A DNA stretch of 64,000 nucleotides from Chloroflexota bacterium (GTDB lineage: Bacteria; Chloroflexota; UBA11872; VXOZ01). The translations under genes and the position numbers were made by a program. The stretch spans positions 1,280,001 through 1,344,000 of the forward strand of contig OY760183.1 of NCBI GenBank assembly GCA_963663275.1, in the 5' to 3' direction. Position 1 is the stretch's first letter; every line of letters starts with the position of its first letter. The notes beneath the pieces were generated by a model, which did no database searches, was not told the DNA's origin, and saw nothing but the letters and a program-made list of their open reading frames with translations. Positions 1 through 9,774 of the stretch are shown here, piece by piece.

Positions 1-656
1 ATGCGGCCCAGCCGCCGCTTAAGGTCGGCCAGGTCGCCGGAAAGGCAGAGTATCGCCATGATTTCGGAGGCCGGTGTGATGTCGAAGCCGCTTTCGCGGG
101 GCACGCCCTCGGCCCGGCCGCCCAGGCCGATGACGATGTTGCGCAAGGCGCGGTCGTTCATGTCGATCGTGCGCCGCCAGGTGACGCGCCGGGGGTCGAT
201 GCCCAGCGCGTTCCCCTGATGCAGGTGGTTGTCCAGCATGGCGGCCAGCAGGTTGTGCGCGGCGGTGATGGCGTGGAAATCGCCGGTGAAGTGGAGGTTG
301 ATTTCCAATGAGGGAGCCAGCGTGGCCTTGCCGCCGCCGGTGGCGCCGCCCTTGATGCCGAAGACCGGGCCCAGCGACGGCTCGCGGGTGCAGGAAAGCG
401 CGTTCTTGCCCATGCTGAAGAGCGTCTGCGCCAGGCCCACGGTGACGGTGGTCTTGCCTTCGCCGGCCGCGGTGGGCGAGATGGCGGTGACGAGGATCAG
501 CTTGCCGTCGGGCTTGGCCGCCAGCCGCTCCAAGACCTGCGCGCGCACTTTGCCCATCAGCGGCCCGTAACTGCTGAATTCGTCGTCCTGAAGGCCGAGG
601 CGCCCGGCAATCTCGGTAATCGGCCGGGGGGTGTAGGCGTCGTGTGTGCTTGGCAC
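1..656 (-). CDS. fhs: Formate--tetrahydrofolate ligase, 5' part (runs off the window)
   Basis: Not in the ORF track; translated by hand from GTG at 656 (RBS AAGGAG upstream): ...[25 protein letters not shown]...[19 protein letters not shown]...[21 protein letters not shown], the diagnostic FTHFS motifs. Confidence 0.95.
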   Translation of the reverse strand, partial: MPSTHDAYTPRPITEIAGRLGLQDDEFSSYGPLMGKVRAQVLERLAAKPDGKLILVTAISPTAAGEGKTTVTVGLAQTLFSMGKNALSCTREPSLGPVFGIKGGATGGGKATLAPSLEINLHFTGDFHAITAAHNLLAAMLDNHLHQGNALGIDPRRVTWRRTIDMNDRALRNIVIGLGGRAEGVPRESGFDITPASEIMAILCLSGDLADLKRRLGR

Positions 657-732
657 TGGGCTTCTCCTTGCTAGGGGATTTGAGGAGTAGTCTTTGAATC
701 CGCGCGCGCGTTTGCGCCCCGCCGCTGCGAGA

Positions 733-834
733 GCGCAGGTTACAAACCTACGCTACCGGAAAGATGCAGACCTGCGCTAACCGAAAAGGTTGCGGATCTG
801 CGTTGTGCGCAGGTTACAAACCTACGCTACCGGA
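733..834. repeat. Cluster of GCGCAGGTTACAAACCT(A/G)CGCTAC REP-like palindromes
   Basis: Two near-identical copies (about 733-760 and 807-834) plus degenerate copies between them; the same family recurs at about 5226, 8016, 39870, 40003 and 51752. Confidence 0.75.
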
Positions 835-951
835 TAGTTGCGGTTCAATGCTGAGCGCGGTCGTTGTGGTGTTGCGTCGTTGTCATCCTGGCGGGGCGAT
901 GCTTGAACCGGTGCGGCCCGTTGCGGTTGGTATTCGCGGCCGCCGCCGGGG

Positions 952-1947
952 TCAGGCGAGCGTCCGGCGCACGCGATGCGTGGCTTCCACGAGGTTCCGC
1001 AGTTTGGCAACGGCGGCGTCGTGGGGAACAACCTGCAAGCCGCAGTCAGGATTGATCCACAGTTGCTCCGGCGTGAAGTACTCCAGCGCCAACCGGATGC
1101 GCGCCTCGATCTCCTCCACCGATTCTACACGGGGGTCTTGGGCGTCCACAACGCCATAGCCCATGCCCCGGTCCGCGGGAAACGGGTGCTTGCGCAGGAT
1201 GTCGAGCATCTCCGGCGCGACGTGGGCCAACTCCAGGCAAAAGACGTGCGCCGGCAGTTCCAGCATCTTGGGGTAGACCTCGTGAAACGCGCCGTAGCAC
1301 ATGTGGGTGAAAACGGTGACGCCCTCCGGCAAACCGTCGCAGATGCGCCTCATGCCCCCGATGGCAACGTCAAGCTCGGCGGGCTGGTCGTAGCGCGTGA
1401 CGAACGCGGGTTCGTCGATTTGCAGGTAGCGCACGCCTGCCGCGACAAGCGCCTGCACCTCTTCCCGGACGTACTCCGCCAGGTCCAGCACCGCCGCGCG
1501 GCGGTCCGGATAGTAGAGGTCGAAGACCCAATCGCGCAGGGTGTAGGGGCCGGTGACGGTGACTTTCAGATCGCTCGTGGCCCGAGACGCGGCGAATTCG
1601 TACCAGTCCGCAAGCAGCGTGCGCGGTGCGGATGCTTCACGCTTGATCACCGCCCGCTGGCCGTACATGTTGTCCAAGACCCACACCGGATCGGGATCGA
1701 TGTCGGCGCAGCCCCAGCCTTCCAGGAAGTAGGTGGTCATGGAGCGCCGGTACTGTTCGCCGTCCACGAGCACGTCGATGCCGAGGGATTCCTGAATGCC
1801 GATCCAGTCCGCTACCGCCGCCTCCTGGGACTGGCGCATCCAGGCGCGGTCCTGCTGCTCCAGCGGCGCCATTTCCGCCTGAAAGAGGTCGGGCGGCTTC
1901 GGCAAACTGCCAATGCTGGAGATGGGCAAAAGGGGTAGCCGGCTCAT
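952..1947 (-). CDS. metE: Cobalamin-independent methionine synthase, catalytic (C-terminal-type) subunit of a split MetE
   Basis: IGSLPKP, GIDVLVDGEQYR, QIDEPA, Zn ligands in THMCYG / LELA / WINPDCGL; about 331 aa, a single barrel. Confidence 0.88.
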   Translation of the reverse strand: MSRLPLLPISSIGSLPKPPDLFQAEMAPLEQQDRAWMRQSQEAAVADWIGIQESLGIDVLVDGEQYRRSMTTYFLEGWGCADIDPDPVWVLDNMYGQRAVIKREASAPRTLLADWYEFAASRATSDLKVTVTGPYTLRDWVFDLYYPDRRAAVLDLAEYVREEVQALVAAGVRYLQIDEPAFVTRYDQPAELDVAIGGMRRICDGLPEGVTVFTHMCYGAFHEVYPKMLELPAHVFCLELAHVAPEMLDILRKHPFPADRGMGYGVVDAQDPRVESVEEIEARIRLALEYFTPEQLWINPDCGLQVVPHDAAVAKLRNLVEATHRVRRTLA

Positions 1948-1949
1948 TG

Positions 1950-2960
1950 TCACGCTCCCTTGCCGTTGAATGTATGGGCGGCGCGCGCCAGCGTTGTCAG
2001 CTTGTCAAATGCCGCATGGCGCGGCAAATGGAGCAGCGCCGTGCTTGGCGCGGCCCAGCAACGCTCCGCCGGAACGATGGCGGTTATCGCGTTCAGGGTT
2101 TCGTGCAGTTCCGCATCGCTTTCGACGCGGATGTGGCGAGAGTCCGCAATGCCGGCCTGGAGGATGGCATCGCCGTGCCACCCTGCCAGCGCGGCGAGAT
2201 TCGGCGCGCGATACGCGTCGGTAAAGTCCAGTCCCAACCCGCCAAGGCCGGGAATTGCAAGAAAGGGCCGGAGCAGATCGCCAATCGCGCCGCACGCCAG
2301 GTGGACGACGATTGTAGCTCCCGCCGCCGCGCTGGCTATGCGTTCGACGGCCTGCGCTACCAGCGGGAAGTCGGCGCGGTGCTTGGGACGCAAGACGACC
2401 GATTCATCGATTTGTATGTACTGGGCCCCGGCGGCAGCCAGCGCTGCGGCGTCCGCCGCCCACATGTCCACCAGCGCGGCGAAGGCCGACGGCGTGTCCC
2501 CCGCCTCTTGCCGGTCGGCGTAGGCATAGATGGTGTACGGGCCGAAGAGCGCGGGTTTGATGGGTTTGCCGGTAAGCCCGGCGGCATGACGGTACGCGCT
2601 CACAATCGGGCTCTCGCTTTCGCGTGCCGGTGCCTTGTCCAAGACCCAGTGGTGGTAGTACGTGTTCGTATCGAGATAGCGGAGCGGTGCGGCAACTTCC
2701 AGATCGGGCACGGCCCGCGCCATCTGAAACCACTCGTCGTAGACGGGCACGTAGCCGGTATCCAAGATGTCCACGCCCGCCTCCCCTTGCGCCGCCAGCA
2801 ATTCCGCCTGGGTCTCGGCCTGCACGGCGCGCAATTGTGCGTCTTGCCACGCCGCTTCAGGTGTGGGCGTCACCCGTGCGCGCCAATCCTCAACGGCGGC
2901 GCGCAAGGGGTGTTGGCCGTTGCTGACGATGGGAAACCGTCCGGTGGTCGTAACGAGCAT
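1950..2960 (-). CDS. MetE N-terminal-domain-like subunit (partner of a split MetE)
   Basis: RYLDTNTYY resembles the MetE N-barrel motif KWFDTNYHY; PALFGPYT, YIQIDE, APSTALLHLP; its stop lies 2 nt before the start of the catalytic subunit. Confidence 0.8.
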   Translation of the reverse strand: MLVTTTGRFPIVSNGQHPLRAAVEDWRARVTPTPEAAWQDAQLRAVQAETQAELLAAQGEAGVDILDTGYVPVYDEWFQMARAVPDLEVAAPLRYLDTNTYYHHWVLDKAPARESESPIVSAYRHAAGLTGKPIKPALFGPYTIYAYADRQEAGDTPSAFAALVDMWAADAAALAAAGAQYIQIDESVVLRPKHRADFPLVAQAVERIASAAAGATIVVHLACGAIGDLLRPFLAIPGLGGLGLDFTDAYRAPNLAALAGWHGDAILQAGIADSRHIRVESDAELHETLNAITAIVPAERCWAAPSTALLHLPRHAAFDKLTTLARAAHTFNGKGA

Positions 2961-3067
2961 ACGTATCTGGCCTTATGCAATGGAATTGCCGCGCCGGTGT
3001 AGGGGCACGAGCCAGCGCGCGGGTACGACACCCGGTGTAGGGGCACGACATGTCGTGCCCCTACACG

Positions 3068-3208
3068 GAGACCTTTGCGTAACTCCGTCATTCCGGTGCA
3101 AACCGGAATCCAGACGTGCGTTTACCGTTTCCGATTGCTTGCCATCGAGCCTTCTCACCCCCATCCCAGCCATTCTCGACACGAGGGGATGAGTTACGCA
3201 AAGGTCTC
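3068..3208. mobile_element. MITE family A (141 bp, TIR GAGACCTTTGCGTAAC)
   Basis: Perfect 16-bp TIRs GAGACCTTTGCGTAAC / GTTACGCAAAGGTCTC with an internal GTCATTCCGG..CCGGAATCC hairpin; no clean TSD on this copy. Confidence 0.8.
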
Positions 3209-3291
3209 CTACCCGGGTGTGGCGCCCCCAGAAGCGGGGGACAAGCCCCCGCGCTACGGGAAGGCGCCCCCACGCCGGTGTTGCGCAGTTA

Positions 3292-4671
3292 CTATTCCGC
3301 CATCAGCGCGTTGGCGCGCGCGGCGGCGTCGGTGAACGCTTCCGCCACCGTGATCTTGTCCTCCACGATCGCCGTCTGCCAGGCCTCCGCCAGCAGCCCG
3401 AATACCTCGGCGTCCTTGCGGAAGAGGCCGCCGTTGGGCCAGGCGTACTTGCCGCGCACCGGATGCGCGAACGCGTCGAGATTCTTGTCCGCCAGCGCCG
3501 GGAAGTTCTCGCTCATGATGCTGATGTAGCGGTCTTGCAGCGAGGCGCGCGGATGTTGGATGCTGGCAATCTGGCATTGCAGGTCGAGGTACGTATCGGT
3601 CTGCAGGAACTTCATGAAGTCCCACGCCGTATCCGGGTCTTTGGTGTTTGCCCAGACCACCCACGCGTCGATGGAACCCTGGGTGGCGCGGGCCGCCGGG
3701 CCCTGGGGCAGTGGGACCACGTCCCAGTCCTCAACGTTATCGGGGTAGTCAGCCGAGTACTGCCCCGGCCCCCAGGAGCCTTCCTCCCAGGTTGCCAGTG
3801 TGCCCTGCATCAGGGCCTGGACCTTGCTGCGATCCAGCGCCGCCCATTCCTCACCGTGCACAATGCTCCGGTCCTGGTGGTAGCGAGCGTGTACCCACTC
3901 CATGGCCTCGATGGCTTCCGGACTATCGAAGGTGGCGTGGCGGTCGTCTTCCGGATCGACCACGGTACCGCCGTTCTGCACGATCTTCCAGATGCCGCGT
4001 CCCCAGCCCGCGTCCACGCCGCCAAAGACGGTGTTCGGGCGGTCGGTGAGCCTGAGCATCGCATCCTGGTATTCGTCCCAGCCCCACGTGTCGTCGGGGA
4101 ACGCCAGACCCTGCTTTTCGAAGACTTGCTTGTTGTACCAGAGCACGTACACGTTGATGTACATGGGCAGACCGTACTGGCCCGTCTCCGGCCAGCGCAT
4201 TGCGGCGAGCTGGAAGGGGATGTAGTCGTCCATGGGGAAGCCGTCGCGCTTGATGAAGGGATCCATGTCGAGCAGCAGACCTTCCCGTCCCGCCTGGACG
4301 AGATTCGTGCCCCACGTCATCGCGATGTCGGGTCCGGACCCGGCCACCCAGGAGGTGATGTAGACTGACGGGCTGTCCTTTACGCCGAGGACGTTTAGGG
4401 TGACGTTGGGGTTGTCCGCCGTGTACGCATCGGCGCCGGCCTGCGCCGCTGCCACCCAGGTGGAGTCGCCCCAGAGCGCCCAATCCAGGGTAATGGGCTC
4501 TGCCTGCGGCTCCGGCTCTTTGGCTTCCTTCTCTTCTGGGGCATCGTCCGTTGTCGCCGCGGGCATGGTCGCCTGGCCGCAGGCGGCCAGGGCGATTGCG
4601 CCCAGCGCGCCGCCGCCCAGCCACAGCGCCGAGCGTCGCGTCAAACGGGTTTCGCTGTCACCGGTCTTCAT
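3292..4671 (-). CDS. ABC transporter carbohydrate-type substrate-binding lipoprotein (Tat signal)
   Basis: TRRSAL twin-Arg, LAACG lipobox, Ala/Glu/Pro linker, YGLP..N..LWYNK..F, WDVVPLPQGP. Confidence 0.9.
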   Translation of the reverse strand: MKTGDSETRLTRRSALWLGGGALGAIALAACGQATMPAATTDDAPEEKEAKEPEPQAEPITLDWALWGDSTWVAAAQAGADAYTADNPNVTLNVLGVKDSPSVYITSWVAGSGPDIAMTWGTNLVQAGREGLLLDMDPFIKRDGFPMDDYIPFQLAAMRWPETGQYGLPMYINVYVLWYNKQVFEKQGLAFPDDTWGWDEYQDAMLRLTDRPNTVFGGVDAGWGRGIWKIVQNGGTVVDPEDDRHATFDSPEAIEAMEWVHARYHQDRSIVHGEEWAALDRSKVQALMQGTLATWEEGSWGPGQYSADYPDNVEDWDVVPLPQGPAARATQGSIDAWVVWANTKDPDTAWDFMKFLQTDTYLDLQCQIASIQHPRASLQDRYISIMSENFPALADKNLDAFAHPVRGKYAWPNGGLFRKDAEVFGLLAEAWQTAIVEDKITVAEAFTDAAARANALMAE

Positions 4672-4947
4672 TTCCCTTACCTCCTTGCTTGCCCCTGCGG
4701 CAAGCCGTTCGCATGAGAGCAACACGAACTGAACGTACGGGCGACGCGCGGCTCTGCCGCACTCTCGCCACTGGCCAAAAACCGGTCACGCCACCTCCTT
4801 TCGCTTGCCAAGACACGACCAACGGTATCTTTGCCTGACATTATTACGAAATCGCTCCCGCGAATGCAACACGTGAGGGCTCGCTAACGCAACGAGCGCA
4901 CTGTCGCGGCGATGGCCTGGGAGCCGATGGCGTGGCCGTCTGCGCCC

Positions 4948-5060
4948 GTAGGGGCACGACATGTCGTGCCCCTACGGGCGCCGTAGCGCGGGAATGACGG
5001 ACTTTGCTTTAAGTCCTGTAGCGCGGGGGCTTGTCCCCCGCACGGGAAATCGCGAAGAGG
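4948..5060. repeat. GTAG-type REP palindromes
   Basis: Perfect GTAGGGGCACGACATGTCGTGCCCCTAC at 4948-4975 (also 3037-3064, 22763-22790, 32280-32307); GTAGCGCGGGGGCTTGTCCCCCGC at about 5018. Confidence 0.85.
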
Positions 5061-5138
5061 TAGGCGGGGGAAGATGGATTCCCGCGTGCGCGGGAATGCC
5101 GGTCACTGTTTTGACCCCGTAGCGCGGGGGCTTGTCCC

Positions 5139-5300
5139 CAATGCTGTCGCGTAAACGTAGCGCGGGGGCTTGTCCCCCGCCGGAGCAAGCAAAGTGAGAA
5201 CGAAATGGATTGACCCTACGGAAGACGCAGGTTACAAACCTGCGCTACCGGAGAAACGAGCGTTGTTTTCACTCTCATTGTGTTTAATGCGACAGCATTG
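5139..5300. mobile_element. MITE family B (162 bp, TIR CAATGCTGTCGC, IS4-like), inserted in a REP
   Basis: CAATGCTGTCGC...GCGACAGCATTG flanked by 11-bp direct repeat GGGCTTGTCCC (5128-5138, 5301-5311). Confidence 0.85.
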
Positions 5301-5384
5301 GGGCTTGTCCCCCGCCTTTGCGCGTGAGACACAAGCTCTGCCACACCTGCTCTCTTGGGTCAGAAGGAGAGCGGGCGACCGGAC

Positions 5385-6392
5385 CTATGCCAGCAACCCC
5401 AACTCCCGCTGCGTTTCCGCGATGCGCGCCAGCGCCGCTTCCGGCAGGGGGCCTTTGTCGGAGATCGCCACGTTCTGCTCGAGCTCCTCAGGATTCATGG
5501 CGCCGGGAATCACCGACGTTACCCCGGAAAAGCTGAGGATGTACCGCAAAGCGGCCTCACTCAAACTCCCCGCCACGCCCTCATCGACCAACCACATGAA
5601 AGAATTCGCCTCCCGCAGCCGCGCGGCGAACCGCTCCCGCGGCATGAGGCTGCGGTGGTCGTCCGGCTCGAATTCATGGTCTGCCGTGAACGAGCCGGAG
5701 AGAAATCCCGAGGCGAGCGGCGAGCGGATGACGATGCCGATGCCGCGCTCTTCGGCCAGAGGCAGGAGCCGCTCGGTGGGTTCCGGTTCCAAGAGGCTGA
5801 ACCCGATTTGGATGATCTCCGCGCGGCCGTCTTCCTCGATGAGCCGGATGGCTTCCGTCACGTCGCTGCCGGAGACGCCAATGTGCCCGACGTGCCTTTC
5901 CGCGCGCATTTCGACCAGCAGACCCAGCGGGTCTTCTCCCATCTCGCTGGCGACCGGACTATGCAGCAGCACAGCTTCGATGAGGTCCGTTTGCAGGCGT
6001 TCCTTGCTGCGGTGCACGCTGGCGCGCAAGGCGTCGCGGGAGAAGTCCCGCGCCAGCACGGGCGGCCCGCCGCCCGCGACCGGGCGAACGTGCTCGCCGC
6101 CTTTGGTTTCCACGAAGACTTCCATGCCCTGGAGGTGGGGCGGGCGTTGGCGCAACGCTTCAGGGATGTAGACTTCGGCTTCCGCATACACCGGCGCGGT
6201 GTCGATGAAGTTGAGCCCCAACGACAGGCCGTGATGAATTGTCTCTACCGCAGTCTCCAGCGTCACGGTGCCGTACGTGGCCGGACCCGACCAGTAACTG
6301 CCGCTCGTAATGAGCGCGCCCCCCAGCGGGTAGGTTCCCAGCCCAACCTCGGATACGTCGTGACCTGTGTTTCCCAGCGGACGATAGCGCAT
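5385..6392 (-). CDS. Aldo/keto reductase
   Basis: MRYRPLGNTG..VSEVGLGT, NFIDTAPVY, LLH, HIGVS, RSPLASGFLSG, VIPGA. Confidence 0.92.
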   Translation of the reverse strand: MRYRPLGNTGHDVSEVGLGTYPLGGALITSGSYWSGPATYGTVTLETAVETIHHGLSLGLNFIDTAPVYAEAEVYIPEALRQRPPHLQGMEVFVETKGGEHVRPVAGGGPPVLARDFSRDALRASVHRSKERLQTDLIEAVLLHSPVASEMGEDPLGLLVEMRAERHVGHIGVSGSDVTEAIRLIEEDGRAEIIQIGFSLLEPEPTERLLPLAEERGIGIVIRSPLASGFLSGSFTADHEFEPDDHRSLMPRERFAARLREANSFMWLVDEGVAGSLSEAALRYILSFSGVTSVIPGAMNPEELEQNVAISDKGPLPEAALARIAETQRELGLLA

Positions 6393-6534
6393 GAATATCA
6401 CCCTTTCTTGCCGTCTGCACAGTGATCAGTTTGCCAAGTGGCCTATCACCGCAGCCAACGGCCTCCAATCGCTCAATCACTCCAGCGCCGGATCCACTTT
6501 CATCCCGCGCTCCCATTATCCTCAAGCGCGAACC

Positions 6535-7707
6535 TCAAACCGGACCGCGCAACGACTCCCAATCCCGCAGCGGGAACTCGATGAGCCGTCCTTCCTGCGC
6601 TGCCAGATACGCGCCTTCCACCACCTCCAGCGAGCGGGCGCCGTCGATGCCGTTGGACTCCGGCTCGCGGTCCTCGCGGATGGCTGTCAGCAGTTCCTTC
6701 TCTTGCGCGTAGAAGCCCGCCGCGTAGGGCACGTGCAGCACCAGCTTTTCATTGGCCATTTCCGGATTGTTGCGGCGCGGCTGCTCGAAAGTGCAATCGG
6801 CGAAGGCTTGAGCAACCTGCGGCTCTTCGAACGTCAACCAAGGCAGTTTGTTGCTGTAGAGGGTGATCGTGGCATCGGAGCCATGCCCAATTCCACCCTC
6901 CATAATCAGGTAGCCCTCGCTGCCGTTGATGACGATCTGGCGGTGCTGCGGCCCCTGCAAGCACCACACCATCTCGAACACCCCGATCGCGCCGCTGTTG
7001 AAGCGGAAGAGCACGTGGGACGTGGTCTCGATTTCCGCGGTTTCCCACAGGAAGTTATCGAACTCCGCGCCCGCGATGTGCTTGACCCCGCTGCCCTCCC
7101 AGAAGAGCAGGGTATCGATGTAGTAGCAGCCGTCGCGGTGGAGCGCGCCGCCGCCGGCCGTGGCTTTGCCGAGTTTCCAACCCATGTTGGAGCGGGAACC
7201 CTGCGTGATCACGTCCTTGTGGAGCATGTGGCGCTCCAGCACGTGGTAGACGTCGCCGATGAGGCCGGCGTCCAGGATGCGCTTCACGGCGCGGGCGGGC
7301 GGTTCGAAGCGGTCCCGGTCGGCGATCATGAGCTTGACGCCGGCGTCGCGGCAGGCGCGGATGGCTGCAACGGATTCGTCCAGATCGAGCGTCAGCGGCT
7401 TTTCGCAGATTACGTGAACGCCGGCCTCCGCCGCCGCCAGTATGGCGGGCAGATGCAGGTGATGCGGCAAACAGATGTCCACCGCCTGCACCTCCGGGCG
7501 TTGCACCACCTCGGCGAAGTCGGTTGCCGCCGCCCGCGCGCCATACTGCCGGACTCTGGCTTCGGCCCGCTCCACGTCACTGTCGCAGGCCACTTCCAGC
7601 CGCGCCTCGCCGGCGCGCTCCAACCGCTGCCAGCCGTCGAAATGAGGATGGGATATGCTGCCGCAGCCAATCACGGCTACGCCAATTGGATCACCATTCG
7701 TTGCCAT
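6535..7707 (-). CDS. Gfo/Idh/MocA family oxidoreductase
   Basis: VAVIGCGSI, DICLPHHLH, HVICEKPL, GGGALHRDGCYYID; start taken at MATNGD. Confidence 0.92.
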   Translation of the reverse strand: MATNGDPIGVAVIGCGSISHPHFDGWQRLERAGEARLEVACDSDVERAEARVRQYGARAAATDFAEVVQRPEVQAVDICLPHHLHLPAILAAAEAGVHVICEKPLTLDLDESVAAIRACRDAGVKLMIADRDRFEPPARAVKRILDAGLIGDVYHVLERHMLHKDVITQGSRSNMGWKLGKATAGGGALHRDGCYYIDTLLFWEGSGVKHIAGAEFDNFLWETAEIETTSHVLFRFNSGAIGVFEMVWCLQGPQHRQIVINGSEGYLIMEGGIGHGSDATITLYSNKLPWLTFEEPQVAQAFADCTFEQPRRNNPEMANEKLVLHVPYAAGFYAQEKELLTAIREDREPESNGIDGARSLEVVEGAYLAAQEGRLIEFPLRDWESLRGPV

Positions 7708-7838
7708 TGTTGCTCGCTTTCTCGAGTTTCCGCGCTGCCGTATGCTGCGGGATGTGTGTATAGTACGCCAATGACGGTACTGATTGCCACGCTGCGCGCC
7801 TTGCCCGCGGTGGTGTGAGCGAGGTGGCGCCCAAGAGG

Positions 7839-8177
7839 CGGGGGACAAGCCCCCGCGCTACGTTTCGTAGTGGAGCAGCGTAAAGTCCGGGAAGGCGACA
7901 GATCCGCGTAAGGGCGGTTCGCGAACCGCCCCTACCGCATGGTCGGATACGGGGGACAGGCTCCAATGCCGTCGCATCAACGCAATGTGTGTGAAAGCGG
8001 TGGCTCAGATTTCTGGTAGCGCAGGTTTGTAACCTGCGGCTTCGTTCTTCGATCTTGCGAATTGGTTTTCCTTGCTCCGGCGGGGGACAAGCCCCCGCGC
8101 TACGTGACGTAATGGAGTACCGAAAAGACTGGGAAGGCAAGTAATCCGCGTAGGGGCGGTTCGCGAACCGCCCCTAC
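7839..8177. repeat. BIME-like mosaic of REP palindromes (module duplicated about 241 bp apart)
   Basis: GCGGGGGACAAGCCCCCGCGCTAC + about 45 nt + GTA(A/G)GGGCGGTTCGCGAACCGCCCCTAC occurs at 7839 and 8080 with similar linkers. Confidence 0.8.
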
Positions 8178-8395
8178 TACCGCACGATAACCGGGATGGC
8201 GCGAGAAAGAGCGCCGCGTCATCTCCGGTTGAGGTTGCGAGAAAGAACCTACTCTCGTATCGGCTCTGCACCGGCATAGTACAATGTGTTTGGAAGACTG
8301 CGTGATTCCGAATGCAATCCAACGCGCAGCCTGAACTCTAGGCGGGAAAGAGCCCGCTCCGATTCCTTGAAGACCGGCACGCGAGGGCAGCGAGC

Positions 8396-8899
8396 ATGAG
8401 CAAGAGAAGACCCATAGAGGGACGCGGACTGCTGGCAAAGCCACTGTTCGTTGGCGCCGCCGCCGTGGTCGCGGTTGCCATCGGGCTGGCGGGCCTGTGG
8501 CTGTTCGTCTGGAACGCCGACGCGCCGCAGCGGGCGGACGCCAGCGACCGGGCGCTGGTCGCTCGCGGCGAAGTCCTCTACCAACTGCACTGCGCCAGTT
8601 GCCACGGCGCGAACCTGGAAGGGCAGCCGAACTGGCGCGAACGCGATGAAGACGGCATGTTGCCCGCCCCGCCCCACGACGCCACCGGCCACACCTGGCA
8701 CCACAGCGACGGGCTGCTCTTCGACGTGACGAAATACGGCTCCACCGCCGTGATCGGCAGCGACTACATGAGCAATATGCCCGGCTTCAGCGAAAACCTC
8801 AGCGACGGCGACATCTGGGCAATTCTCTCATTCATCAAAAGCACCTGGCCGCCGGATATCCAGGAAATCCAGTCTGAATTGGAGGATACACGACAGTAG
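8396..8899 (+). CDS. Membrane-anchored monoheme c-type cytochrome
   Basis: N-terminal TM helix, CASCH heme motif, PAPPHDATGHTWHHSD, distal Met in NMPGF. Confidence 0.9.
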   Translation: MSKRRPIEGRGLLAKPLFVGAAAVVAVAIGLAGLWLFVWNADAPQRADASDRALVARGEVLYQLHCASCHGANLEGQPNWRERDEDGMLPAPPHDATGHTWHHSDGLLFDVTKYGSTAVIGSDYMSNMPGFSENLSDGDIWAILSFIKSTWPPDIQEIQSELEDTRQ

Positions 8900-8967
8900 T
8901 AAATGCTTGCTACTTTTTCCTGCTGAACGAACTACTGTGCTCTAGAGCGAGCATATGCGGTCCGAGT

Positions 8968-9747
8968 TCATCCTTGAAAGATGTGTTCCCTGTGGTAAGC
9001 CAGAAACTCCCTTCCCGGTTCGTACATCAAGGGAAGGCGAATTTGCATCCCATTGTACTTCTGAATTGCAGCCACATAGAACCTGTCATCTTCGTCTGCT
9101 TCTTTCCGCGATACCCGGACAGTCATGTCGTCGTCAATTGTAATTAATCCGATATCAAATGCCTTGTCATGCAACGAAGACAGGAGAAGGCCGTTGCATG
9201 GGTTTAGTCGGTTGCACCTGTCGTCGTGCCACGGAACAATGTGGCTTGCGACAAGCAACTGGGGCACTGATAAACCAGTAATGCAGCACCGACCCTCGTA
9301 AGCACCTAAGAGGAGTGATCGAAAAAACGCCTGATGGGTGCGTGCAGTGGTTTGCACAGGCCGATCTTCACCAATCCGGTCATCGACAGATTTGCCTTCG
9401 AGAGAGTATTCCGCCGATTCTTCCTCAACCCCAAGTTCCACTCTTGCTCGATAGGAATCGACAGCGAAAGACTCTACGTTGCCTTGCATTTCCTCCCAGA
9501 TTTCACGGTCTTTAGAAGATGCATGTTGCAGCCCTTTACGGCCTGAGGCTAGGACCTTAGGGTCAAGGCTGGCGAAGTTTCCGAGTTTCAATTTCACGGC
9601 CGAAGGAGTCCTGTCAATAGCACTTGCAACTCGCCGGATTTCAGGGTTGTTGCTCTGAATCTTGTTGAACGGAGTTCGCATATACAATTCGAGCGCTACC
9701 AACAACTGTTGACGATTCCATGGATTCCTAGTGGGCATAGCAGACAT
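8968..9747 (-). CDS. HNH endonuclease (predicted restriction endonuclease, COG3440-like)
   Basis: FFRSLLLGAYEGRCCITG, LVASHIVPW, NGLLLSSLHDKAFDIGLI; N-terminal RTPSAVKLKLGNFASLDP domain; lower GC than the flanks. Confidence 0.88.
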   Translation of the reverse strand: MSAMPTRNPWNRQQLLVALELYMRTPFNKIQSNNPEIRRVASAIDRTPSAVKLKLGNFASLDPKVLASGRKGLQHASSKDREIWEEMQGNVESFAVDSYRARVELGVEEESAEYSLEGKSVDDRIGEDRPVQTTARTHQAFFRSLLLGAYEGRCCITGLSVPQLLVASHIVPWHDDRCNRLNPCNGLLLSSLHDKAFDIGLITIDDDMTVRVSRKEADEDDRFYVAAIQKYNGMQIRLPLMYEPGREFLAYHREHIFQG

Positions 9748-9774
9748 CCTTGCCTTCTTTGCGAATATTGACAG

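Noticed and set aside
952-2960. metE pseudogene broken by a mutation
   Set aside because: Both halves are complete barrels with their own start signals and an intact Zn site, which fits a genuine two-gene form
2961-3290. SAM, cobalamin or THF riboswitch upstream of metE/fhs
   Set aside because: The region consists of REP and MITE sequence and shows no aptamer consensus that I could see
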